Source of the DNA: Ostrea edulis
Lineage: Eukaryota
NCBI RefSeq assembly: GCF_947568905.1
Contig: NC_079164.1
Coordinates: 14,012,001 to 14,076,000, forward strand
DNA: 64,000 bases
Reading direction: 5' to 3'
A program made the translations under genes and the position numbers. Positions 52,849 through 63,962 of the stretch are shown piece by piece (position 1 is the stretch's first letter; every line of letters begins with the position of its first letter). The notes under the pieces were generated by a model. The model did no database searches. It was not told the DNA's origin and was given only the letters and a program-made list of their open reading frames with translations.

Positions 52849-55800
52849 TTAATTTTTGTCTTTCATCTGTTTGAGTATCATTTCCGTCAGTTCCTCCACT
52901 TCTACCATACCACCAGGATTGCTCTGAAGTCTACAACATCAAAACATGAAAAAAGATATTAATAGATTGTGATGAAATACTTTTTAAGAGAGAGAGGGGG
53001 GTGCTGTGTACCTGGAAAGCTTCTTTTCCACCTGCATGGCCACCACCTTGGCAATTTTTTCCTCTGTGAGTATTGACTTGGTGTCACCTTCACTCCGCTT
53101 CTTCATGTACAGATAGACCATCTCTCTCTCCACACCAGATCGAATGTCCATCAATTTCAGATTGGTCAAGACTATTCCAAAGGAAAGAAAATTCCATTAG
53201 TAATTTTACACATGAAAGAATACCAGACCATAAAAGCCTTCAATACTTTATCACGAAATGTTTATCACATGCATGTATTTTGACCCATTATTGAAACAGA
53301 AAATTTGTAATATATGATTTGCTATGTCAGATATATTCCAATATGTAACAAATCGTTACAAATTACAAGTTAAGATTATGCATAATATCTGCATAACGAC
53401 AAACAAAAGCGCAAGACACAAATAACGAAATCTAAGTTCCAAGTCATCAATGTTTCACGATTTTATACACTGTGAGAAAACTATTTTATAATGAATAACC
53501 ATACAAGTTTCTTACACGTAAGCCATGTTACTATTGTTATATTGTACTTTGTCATGAAATGTAAGCAAAACTAGATAAATCATACTCACAACATATGCCT
53601 AACGGTATTTTATTATCCTATGCCATACTATTTCTAAAAAGACTCAAGTTGCCACAATTTTCATAAAAGAATGGAGCCTATTTGAAAACGTGAAGCGAAT
53701 AAACAGGGATCGTTCTCATAGTCCCACAAAGAATATAAAAATTAGAGTAGGACAAGCATGGATCCCTACAAAGAGTAGGAATGGGGTTAGATGTCACGTT
53801 TTAAGTTTTAGATTCGTTTCACTTTCTCATCTTAAACATCAAAATTTGCAAACATTTAAAGAGCATTTTACTCAAACATGTAATGTGTTGTTTAATTTTC
53901 TAGGACTCCATGACATGTAGTGTGTTGTTTAATTCCCTAGGACTCCGTGCCATGTAATGCGTTGTTTAATTCTCTAGGACTTCGTGACATGTAATGTGTT
54001 GTTTAATTTTCTAGGACTCCATGACATGTAATGTGTTGTTTAATTTTCTAGGACTCCGTGAAATGCAATATGTTGTTTAATTTTCTAGGACTCCGTGACA
54101 TGCAATATGTTGTTTAATTTTCTAGGACTCCATGACATGTAATGTGTTGTTTAATTTTCTAGGACTCCGTGACATGTAATGCGTTGTTTAATTTTCTGAC
54201 TCCGTGACATGTAATGTGTTGTTTAATTTTCTAGGACTCCATGACATGTAGTGTGTTGTTTCATTTTCTAGGACTCCGTGACATGTAATGTGTTGTTTAA
54301 TTTTCTAGGACTCTGTGACATGTAATGTGTTGTTTAATTCTCTAGGACTCTGTGACATGTTCGCGATACCTATCACTGTGTGCTGTAGACTCACATGTTC
54401 GCGATACCTATCACTGTGTGCTGTAGACCTATCACTGTGTGCTGTAGACCTATCACTGTGTGCTGTAGACTCACGATACCTATCACTGTGTGCTGTAGAC
54501 TCACGTTACCTATCACTGTGTGCTGTAGACTCACATGTTCGCGATACCTATCACTGTGTGCTGTAGACTCACATGTTCGCGATACCTATCACTGTGTGCT
54601 GTAGACTCACGATACCTATCACTGTGTGCTGTAGACTCACGTGACATGTTCGCGATACCTATCACTGTGTGCTGTAGACTCACGTTCTGTTCGCGATACC
54701 TATCACTGTGTGCTGTAGACTCACGTTCTCGCGATACCTATCACTGTGTGCTGTAGACTCACATGTTCGCGATACCTATCACTGTGTGCTGTAGACTCAC
54801 ATGTTCGCGATACCTATCACTGTGTGCTGTAGACTCACGTTCTGTTCGCGATACCTATCACTGTGTGCTGTAGACTCACATGTTCGCGATACCTATCACT
54901 GTGTGCTGTAGACTCACGATACCTATCACTGTGTGCTGTAGACTCACGTGACATGTTCGCGATACCTATCACTGTGTGCTGTAGACTCACGTTCTGTTCG
55001 CGATACCTATCACTGTGTGCTGTAGACTCACGTTCTCGCGATACCTATCACTGTGTGCTGTAGACTCACATGTTCGCGATACCTATCACTGTGTGCTGTA
55101 GACTCACATGACATGTTCGCGATACCTATCACTGTGTGCTGTAGACTCACATGTTCGCGATACCTATCACTGTGTGCTGTAGACTCACGTGACATGTTCG
55201 CGATACCTATCACTGTGTGCTGTAGACCTATCACTGTGTGCTGTAGACCTATCACTGTGTGCTGTAGACTCACGATACCTATCACTGTGTGCTGTAGACT
55301 CACGATACCTATCACTGTGTGCTGTAGACCTATCACTGTGTGCTGTAGACTCACGTTCTTTGTCATAGTTTTCAACAGTGTTGCACTGCTTGCATTTCTT
55401 GTAAAATCCCCGAGCAATGTAGAAAAGTAACAGAGGAGCTCCGAGTGGCATTGGCATGATCGGAACGCGTTTAAACTCTCGCACCAGAGCGTATCTTTCG
55501 TAGTTCCACTTGTGGTCTCTCTTGGTTTGTATTCTTTGGTAAGTGTCTCTGAAAGTTTATAAATTTTTTGTCACTTGCTAATTTTAGTTTATCTTTACAA
55601 AATCTACTTGAAAAAATATTTTATTCATAATTAAATATAAAGTTACAATAAAAAATGTCTATATATGCCATCTCCTTATGCTATTCTTCATCACTACATT
55701 GGTGTATTATATCATAAATAATTTTGAAATGGGAAAGATTTACAAATAAGATGAAAATTCTCAATTTATAAGAAAAATACAGAATTTACATGAATGCGCA

Positions 55801-58800
55801 ATCTATATTGTAATACAAATCTCTGAGAACTTCTACATTATTCATAGACAGCACACACAATATAATTGATTGATTGTATATTGATTCACATCCCACTCGA
55901 TAATTTTTCACTCAAATGGAAACTTCACCATTGCCGGTGAAAGGCTGCAAAATTTAGGCCTATGCTCGACGCTTAAGGCCTTTGAGCAGGGGGGGATCTT
56001 TATTGTGCCAAACCTCCTGTGACACGAGGCCTCGGTATTTACGGTCTCATCCAAAGGACGGCCCAATTTAGTCGCCTCTTAAGACAAGCAAGGGGCACTG
56101 AGGATCTATTCTAACCCGGATCCCCACGGGACTACACTATATGAGAACTTAAAGGACATGTCCCACGTTCGTGAATTATTTAGAAACTGAAGTAACTTTT
56201 ATCACAATACATATAAAAAATGATCTCCCAGTTTTTAAAGCAAGATTTCAGGTTTAATTTAACATTTCAATCGACTCAAATCGACTTCCTGATTTCGAAA
56301 TCTCTACTAATGAGATAGCGGGTCACGTGATACCGTGACGTCATATGCGACAATCGCATCTCTCGCCGATCAGCTTTTTGTGAAGAAACCTGTTATTATT
56401 TAACTTCGTTTGATACCAGTGTGGTACGGGTAGATATTTTTTTTTTTTACATCAATGACGAATTTGTTTTATTAGATATTATTCCTTTACATTAAAACTG
56501 TTCAACAAGAAAACGACGAATGGAATTTATTGATATAGCCTACTGCATACCGTGCATACTGACATGCATGTACACGCATCTACATTACGTTAACATTTTG
56601 TTTATTTGCATTATTTATAATTTACAGTCATTCAATTGATTACCAATGTTCTTCATTTATATATTTTTAAAAAAAATATGCCTTGATGTGAATATTTTAC
56701 TTATAATCCACGCGTAGCTATCGAACGATGTAAACATGGCGAAATCAAAATAAAACACAATTGCTAAAAATAATACGTAAATTAGGTAGGGCTTTTTACA
56801 TGTCTTATCAAATATATGATATATATATATATATTAAATCATGAGCGTAGCCGGGGGTCTTTTTTAAAAAATTGAATTACGAGAAAATAGCAGTTGTGGA
56901 CAGGTCAATGCTATCAAAACTCTCGAACACAGGGCTTCCTCAAAATCTAAAGAATACCTGTAGGTACTGGCTGTTATTGTTATCAAAACCGTGGTCTACA
57001 GCTACCTGAGAAAGATGTTTTGATAACAATCACGGCTAATGATGACCGGCAGTCTTTAGATCTCGAGGAAAGCCCCTGTATACCTGAGTTTTGATAGCAT
57101 TGACTTCGGATACCACATGGATTATAAATTACACAATCAGAAATCAAACAATAGCAAAAAAGCACAAATAAGTTATTGAGAACTGTTACAGTAGTAAAAA
57201 AAAAAAAAAAGGAAGAAGAGATATTTGTATTTATAATTTATCACGGCTTTATATTTATAAAGGGAGCGAGTTATTGAGATATTTCTATTTATAATTTATC
57301 ATGGCTTTATATTTATAAAGAGAGAGAGAGAGAGATAGTTATTGAGCTATTTATAATTTATCACGGTTTTATATTTATAAAGAGAGAGAGAGAGAGATGA
57401 AATAATATGGCAATAGTGTTGCATCTTATGACAATAATTACTCATTTAGTCAATGATTGAGAGTAAGGGAGAGAGAGAAAGGGGGGGGGGGGGGTTAGAC
57501 TATCTATGTGTCAGCTACTGTTTGGGATACCATCATTACACAAACACTACGTCCACAGAAACCCTACAGACGGCCCATATTGAAGGGTATCTTGATCATG
57601 TTGTACATGTACACAATTCTACTTGGATTTATTCATTCTCTCGAAGCATGGATATTTTACCTAATACACCCACGACACTGCGAACTCCCAGGACACCCGG
57701 AAACACCGGGTAATATTATATTTTAGGAAATTATTTATATACGATAGATAACAGTTTAATTAGAAGTTTTAAAAAGCACAGGTTTTTGAAATGGGCTAAA
57801 CCTGTTAGCTGCAATACATAAATATGACCAAGTTTGAAGGTTTCGGGAAATAGAAATGCGGTATGCATGTAGGTAGAATTTTTTTTTTTTTGCACAAATC
57901 GAGACACTAAGCATAATTTTTGATAACCTGAGAAGTTTCCTGTGCAGTGTATATCATAAAAATATACACAACAGCCGATCTGTAGGCCAGGTAAATTCCA
58001 GGTAAATCATTATTACAAACAAAATTACCGTTTCCTGTGTTTTTATTATGTGTGGTATGGAATAGACCATTACAACTATTATTATAGATAAAATTACCGA
58101 TTCTTGTGTTTTCTCATCGCTCAGATTACAAACAACATCGGGCATGCATTGAAAGCTGGCCATTTTCACAAAATCGCCTGTTATTTAGAATCATCAACAC
58201 GCAGTTTGAACTTGACACGAGCGATTTGAAAACAAACATTGTAACATTGAAAAATATTTTTATCTATGACAATAAAAATCCCAGCACATTTAAATAGTAT
58301 CGATAGAAAACCACAATTATCCCGTAACTCAGGGACTTTGAACAAACGAAGAGGTACATGTACATCTAGGCCTGGCATGCTTTAAGTAGAATCTTTGCCC
58401 CTGCAAAGCCAGTCGCCTTCTAGTTCTCAGGATCTCGGTCTAGCTGAAGTTTTGAAAAGTGTTCTGAACACAACCGTCTAATATCTGTAGCATCAAACTT
58501 GTGTGTGATCCATGCCATCCTCCGAGCTGCATCCTTTGAGGAACTAAAATGATTAAATCGGCACCCTTTCTTCTGAATATTGGTGCAACCGTATGCCGCA
58601 CAATACACCATAGTCCATTAATTGATGGGTAAATACACAGATAATGCTGTTAAAGCGGTTTTATAGATAAAATAATAGGATTATCACCTAAATCACCACC
58701 GGCTTACTACGTGCTTTCTCATTCCAATTGTCGCATATGACGTCACAGTAATATGGCGCTTAAATCTCCGATCGAAATATGCATATTGCTGTATTTGAAT

Positions 58801-61800
58801 TTCAACTCGCAATATCTCTGTAAATATGCTCACAACAATTTTTATTGTATTTAGTATCCTTTTCAACTATAGTATAAAGAATATTTTTCATAAAATTATG
58901 CAAGTTTTAAAATTACGGGACAAGTCCTTTAACATATTTGTTCAAGGATTGAGACAACTGCTTCATTTTTTCAAGGTCAGCAGTGAAACAGACTACCTGA
59001 GAAGGTTTAGATCCAAAGATCTCCATTGAACACCGTTTCTATAGGTTCGTTATAATTTATTGACTTTAGTTCATTTAATTTTCATTAAGACGGTCACGTA
59101 TGTCTAGAACAACCCCCCCCCCCCCCCCCCCCATATTCATTTGCGTTCTAACATGATACGTTTTTGATATTTTTGTTAATTTCATTTCATGTATAATAAC
59201 TTTTGGATCCTCAGTCTCCAAGCTTAGTTAAAATATTTCATACCCTCGGTGGATATCAGCTTACTTACGTGAACATGGCGATAAGAATGTTAAGAAGCAT
59301 GACATTGGCGAATATTAGGTAGATCCCCATCATCACCAAACCGATGACTCGTCGGTGTTTTTCGGCACATCTCGGAGTTCCCGCATTGTAAAGTGCTGGT
59401 TCAAAGGAACAGTTTGGTTCTTCAGCTGCAAGTGTTTTTAAAAAACCGTTACATGTGATCTCAAAACATATTATCAACCGGGAATTAGTTATTACAATGA
59501 AATTTGAAGGAAACCGCTGATGTGATTTGATAACCATGTCTCTGACAGTTGCACGACATACCTTCGATATCGTCTAGGAGCAATTCTCCATATAAATTCC
59601 AATATCCAAGACGCATGACATTTAGAAATAAATCAAAACTTAATTCTGACTGTGGATACATGATGCCGTAGGCAGCCACAGCGTACGATACCACAAATAG
59701 CATCAGAATAACGAGGAAGTAAAGGAGATCCTTGGCCTACAATCAGATAGGGCAAGCAATTTAAAATCAATTCTTGTTGGCTCTAAATCAAAGGTGAAGA
59801 TAACGAACAGTGACTAATCTCATAATTCCTATAAGCAATACAAAATAGATAGTTGGGTAAACACGGACCCCTGGGTATATCAGGTGCCATACTTTTAACA
59901 TAAGGTTATACAAATTTGAATGCTATTTCTGAGAGAGATATTACTTCAAAACATCGCAAATATCATAATTACCATCGACGCAATCATCCACACTTTGGGT
60001 CCCAATTCTTCAAGAGCTGAGAAAGTCTTTAGGATGCGCATGAAAAAAGCTACAAGGCTAATAGCTAGAAACACGCGACCCACTTCCCTTGTGGCGTAGT
60101 AACCTAGCAAGTCCAATATAACACCAGTGGTAAAGAAACAAAGAATGGTCAGGTCAAAGTAGTTCCACTTGTCTTGAAAGTATAGATACATCAGAGACGG
60201 ACGTTCTGAGATGTATTTTTCACCCAGTTGTTTCTTAGCATCTGAGACTCCATAGACAAGCTGAAAACAGAATATAGAATTTCTGCCACTGACTGATTTG
60301 AACAATGGTTAATTTCTTCCATTTAATAACATTTAGAATTGTGCAAACCTCCCGAACTTCATCCAACATCAAACTGAAAACCCAACAGTACATTAGAATT
60401 TCAATCCAAGTTACGCTGTCTCCAAAACCAGTCAGAAGTGCGTAGCTAAATAAGGCCAGGAAAATCATATAGGATGCCTGGAAAAGAAACTCCGATGAGA
60501 ATTCTATAAATAGTCTACATTATATCTTAACGGTTGAATGTTAATGTATAATTAATAGTAAACCAAACAGACAATGATACTAAGCCAAGGAGATTAAACA
60601 TGTTAATATTATAACATATCTAAAGATCCTTATGGGGAAAATAATGAAAATACTGGATATAACACAGTATGGTTATAGTGAACTGTTTTTCGCTGGCCAT
60701 GGAGGTTCGCTGTAGTCGTGTTTTACTGTATTAGTAAATTCAACATTTTCCGTTTAGTCAGTATTTACAATTTCCAGACTTACCATTGTGTGAGCAAAAC
60801 GCATGATTGGAGCGGTATAGAAGTTTTTGATGCGTTTCCAGATAATTGTCATGCATGAGTCGGTGTTTTCCTAGCAATAGAAAGCAAAAAACGAAACACA
60901 AGTTGAGAGTGCGTCTAAAGATCGAAAGTATTGTTGAATATGCACTGAATCAGGATATAAAAGACAAAGCTATCACTAACCGTTTTACGCGAATTCACTT
61001 TTTTGTTGTATTTAAGCACATAGGGAAAAAGACCTAGGATAAAGACAGCGAACACCATCTGAAAAAGTAACAATACCAGGAATAAGACTAAAGTTTGTTT
61101 TAATGTTTGTTGAACGCTAGCAACACATCTCTACACGTTCTGGTGTAATCTCATTGCGTCCGTTTTATCTGTACAAAATAGCAGACTTCCGGTGATAAAG
61201 TGGGCGTGGTTCTGTACATAGTTGTGCCGTTTAATCACCTGTATAGCGCTGTTGTCGGGTGAAATTTGTCCATACCAGACCCTGCTGATGGGAATTTTAC
61301 AGGCCTCATGTGACATAAACGAATATACTTTCATCTTGTAGGCTATTTCTAAGCATGTCAAATTACGCCATCGTGGACGTTTCCTAGTCAACATCCGCTC
61401 TGTTTCATCCGGATTCTCTGTATAAAACTGGTTTAGAACACCACATGCCAAACTTTGGAACTCTCTATAAAATAATAAATTTGTAAAGACTATTATATCC
61501 AAGTTGCTAATAAACAAAAGTAGCATAAGCAAAAATTTGTAAGTGTGTATATAACTATTGAAATAGAACAGTACAATTCTGCTTGAAGTAATTTGTCCGC
61601 CAAAAGTTTGTTTGCTGGTTGACATTTCTTTCTCAGGTTTCTATAAATTCCGGATGCAATCAGTGCTGAGGGTATAGGTTCCTATTTTGAGACAAAGAAA
61701 CAGACTTCAGAAAAAGCTTTAATTATAAGCTAACAAAAAAAAAAAAAAACTACTCATGAAATTTTTGCTAACAGGAGGAGTTTGCATTATCTATCTTTTA

Positions 61801-63361
61801 TATAACCACACCATACTCTACAGTAAATAATTTAATGATAAAGACAAGACCGCTCGAGTACAATGACTTTGTATTGAAAAGATTTTGATTACTTTGCAGT
61901 GCTGCCAGAAGAATTTGGCAAGGTCTTGAAGATTCATCATCAGTATGGACCAGATCAGAAGATAGAAGTACGGATCTGATTGGCTACTGGAATGCTCATG
62001 CGATGCCAGATTTTTCAAGGTGTCAATCAGTCCTTGGTCAGTGAATATCATATCTCGAATATGGTCTGTAAAAGATTGTGCAAAAGGTGACGATAACGAA
62101 CAGTGATAAATCGAAAATTCTATAGAGAATACAAAATCGAGCACAGAGTAAACACGGCCCCTTAGGAGGAGTAAGCCTCCTCTGCTGGCAGATCACATCT
62201 GCCATAAACCCTCTATCTTGATTTCCTGGGATACTAGAAAGTCGTATCCTGTATTTCTTCTAGATTAAGTAATATTAAGTATATATTAATATTAAAAGTA
62301 TATACCATTGCAATAATCTGTAAATTGTTGTTATATTCATGCAAAAAGGATTACTTATTTCTTAATGAAGCATAAAACTGAGGGGGAAAACTAACCATAT
62401 CAGGCATATCTGTGATAAATACGTTATATAATATGATCAACATATTTTTTAAGTTTGTGGATTCTTTTTTCACACAGGTTTCAATATAGCTCCTACATAT
62501 GTACTATGCAATAATCATACATATCCTGTTATATGTTAGAACTCTTTTTCACGGTTATGGAAATGTTGCCACATTGGTCAGACCCCTTGCTATCAATGTG
62601 TTTGTTCTACCTAGAAAGAAGTAGATGTTATCTGTCATTACAACAGAGTTTTCCCAATCAACCAACCCAGAATTCAGTTACAATCTCATTGTCATTAGAA
62701 GTAAATAACTTTATTTGATTAATAGTGTTATCTGTATCCGCTAGACCTAACTTACTCACACGTCTGATGAATACTACTCACAAGGTCTATTACACAGACC
62801 GTAACACAAGGTCACGTCTAATCAAAAGTCACCAATCCTAAAATCCACATCGTAACTCATGCACACCTCTGACTAATTATTCACCAACCTTTGTATCCAT
62901 AACTCAAGAACACGTTAGAATGATATTAACCAAACTTCTTATCCATAACTCATGCACACCTCTGACAAATATTTACCAACCTTCTTATTCATAACTCATG
63001 AACATGTCTGAGTAATATTCACCAACCGTCTTATCCCTAACTATATGAACGCGTCTGACAAATATTCACCTACCATCTTATCCATAACTACATGAACGCG
63101 TCTGACAAATATTCACCTACCATCTTATCCATAACACATGAACACGACTAATATGCACCCATCCTAGAATTCAGGCCATAATTCATACACACGTGACTAA
63201 CGCTCATCAGTTCAGTTGCCCAGACTGTAACCCACGGGTCCGCATGACAAGTACTTACCGTCCTTAGAGTTCAGGTCGTAACTGACGAATATGTCCAGCT
63301 GGAGAAGTCTGACCACAAATCGTGTGATGTTCTCTATGGTGGGTTCTACTTTCCATCCCAT
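52849..63361 (-). CDS. TRPM-family cation channel, 3' 13 exons (MHR4, S1-S6, TRP helix, coiled coil); 5' part lies beyond the window end
   Basis: Exons: 63361-63259, 62065-61893, 61681-61575, 61464-61239, 61058-60999, 60870-60784, 60477-60349, 60260-59973, 59736-59562, 59425-59269, 55548-55355, 53171-53012, 52930-52849. Total 1941 nt, all GT-AG, phases consistent, TAA at 52851-52849. Motifs: LLIWSILMMN..LAKFFW, FYTAPIMRF, DKWNYFD, LGPKVWMI, YWNLYGEL, NVMLLNILIAMF, WNYERYALVREF. Confidence 0.93.
53872..54360. repeat. 37-bp minisatellite
   Basis: gacatgtaatgtgttgtttaattttctaggactccgt, about 13 units, fused to the next array. Confidence 0.92.
54361..55360. repeat. Compound minisatellite containing the TRPM 5' splice site
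   Basis: Core cctatcactgtgtgctgtaga with variable ctcac/linker modules; 24 actcac (GTGAGT on - strand). Confidence 0.95.
55355..55548 (-). CDS. TRPM exon encoding TRP helix/box (WNYERY)
   Basis: tttcag|AGACACT ... AAAGAAC|gtgagt; phase 2 in, phase 1 out, matching both neighbouring exons. Confidence 0.9.
55866..56131 (-). mobile_element. SINE-like copy of the same family in TRPM intron
   Basis: Reverse complement runs tcccgtggggatccgggttagaatag ... caatatacaatcaatcaat. Confidence 0.8.
56153..58928. mobile_element. Kolobok-type DNA transposon, non-autonomous deletion derivative, inside a TRPM intron
   Basis: TTAA at 56149-56152 and 58929-58932. 12-bp TIR AGGACATGTCCC/GGGACAAGTCCT with one mismatch. 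18-bp subterminal inverted motif GTGACGTCATATGCGACA near 56335 and 58730. THAP ORF near the right end. TTAA TSD, RR termini and a THAP domain are Kolobok hallmarks. Confidence 0.75.
58384..58611 (-). pseudogene. THAP zinc-finger (C2CH) N-terminus of a decayed transposase
   Basis: MVYCAAYGCTN...RRMAW...RLCSEHF, then TAG at 58422-58420. The same frame continues KATGFAGAKILLK, as expected just before the THAP AVPT box. Confidence 0.8.
59790..59890 (-). mobile_element. Penelope-like terminal repeat fragment in TRPM intron
   Basis: aaaggtgaagataacgaacagtg...aaacacggacccctgg is the reverse complement of the 50100-50211 repeat. Confidence 0.7.
59973..60260 (-). CDS. TRPM exon encoding S2-S3 linker, S3, S4 and S4-S5 linker
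   Basis: tttcag|CTTGTC ... TCGATG|gtaatt; 96 codons containing DKWNYFD and ELGPKVWMIASM. Confidence 0.93.
62082..62222 (-). mobile_element. Penelope-like terminal repeat fragment abutting a TRPM acceptor
   Basis: aaaggtgacgataacgaacagtg and aaacacggcccc-ttaggaggagtaagc...tatcttgat match the same repeat. Confidence 0.6.
62730..63200. repeat. Diverged ~45-47-bp tandem repeat
   Basis: tctgacaaatattcacc..tcttatccataactcatgaac units. Confidence 0.75.
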
Positions 63362-63376
63362 CTGTGTGATAAATAA

Positions 63377-63656
63377 CAGGGCCGTAAGTAGGGTTCTAAA
63401 TCAGGGGAGGCAGGGGATTGGGGGCCGCCGATTGACTTTACGACTGAAAATGACACTTTTTAAATCCCAATTTATCATGTTTGTGTTTCATTTGTACTAT
63501 GTAAAGAATCGTAATATGGTGTCAAAGACAAAGGTGCTTGTCTTCATTTTAAACATATATCCTATAATATAACATTTATATAATTTTATTTTCTTTTTTG
63601 CCAAAAAATCAGACGAGGCAGTTGCCTCGTCTGCCTCATCGGCAGTTACGGCCCTG
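63377..63656. mobile_element. hAT-like MITE with apparent 5-bp TSD
   Basis: TIR cagggccgtaa/ttacggccctg, aataa on both sides, subterminal palindrome gacgaggcagttgcctcgtc. Confidence 0.7.
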
Positions 63657-63962
63657 AATAAGTCAGATAAATGTACATTTCAAACATCCCATCTGTATGA
63701 TAAATAAGTCGGATAAATGTACATTTCAAACATCCCATCTGTATGATAAATAAGTCGGATAAATGTACATTTCAAACATCCCATCTGTATGATAAATAAG
63801 TCGGATAAATGTACATTTCAAACATCCCATCTGTATGATAAATAAGTCGGATAAATGTACATTTCAAACATCCCATCTGTATGATAAATAAGTCGAGTAA
63901 ATGTACATTTTAAACATCCCATCTGTATGATAAATAAGTCGGATAAATGTACATTTCAAACA
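63657..63962. repeat. 46-bp tandem array containing the TRPM 3' splice site
   Basis: Period 46; unit includes catcccatctgtatgataaataa. Confidence 0.95.

Noticed and set aside
54361-55360. CRISPR-like constant core with variable linkers
   Set aside because: Linkers are 0-17 nt variants of one another, not unique spacers; the core derives from the adjacent splice donor.
62533-62718. Possible TRPM exon near 62610
   Set aside because: All frames close, and the 63259 exon already splices in phase to 62065.
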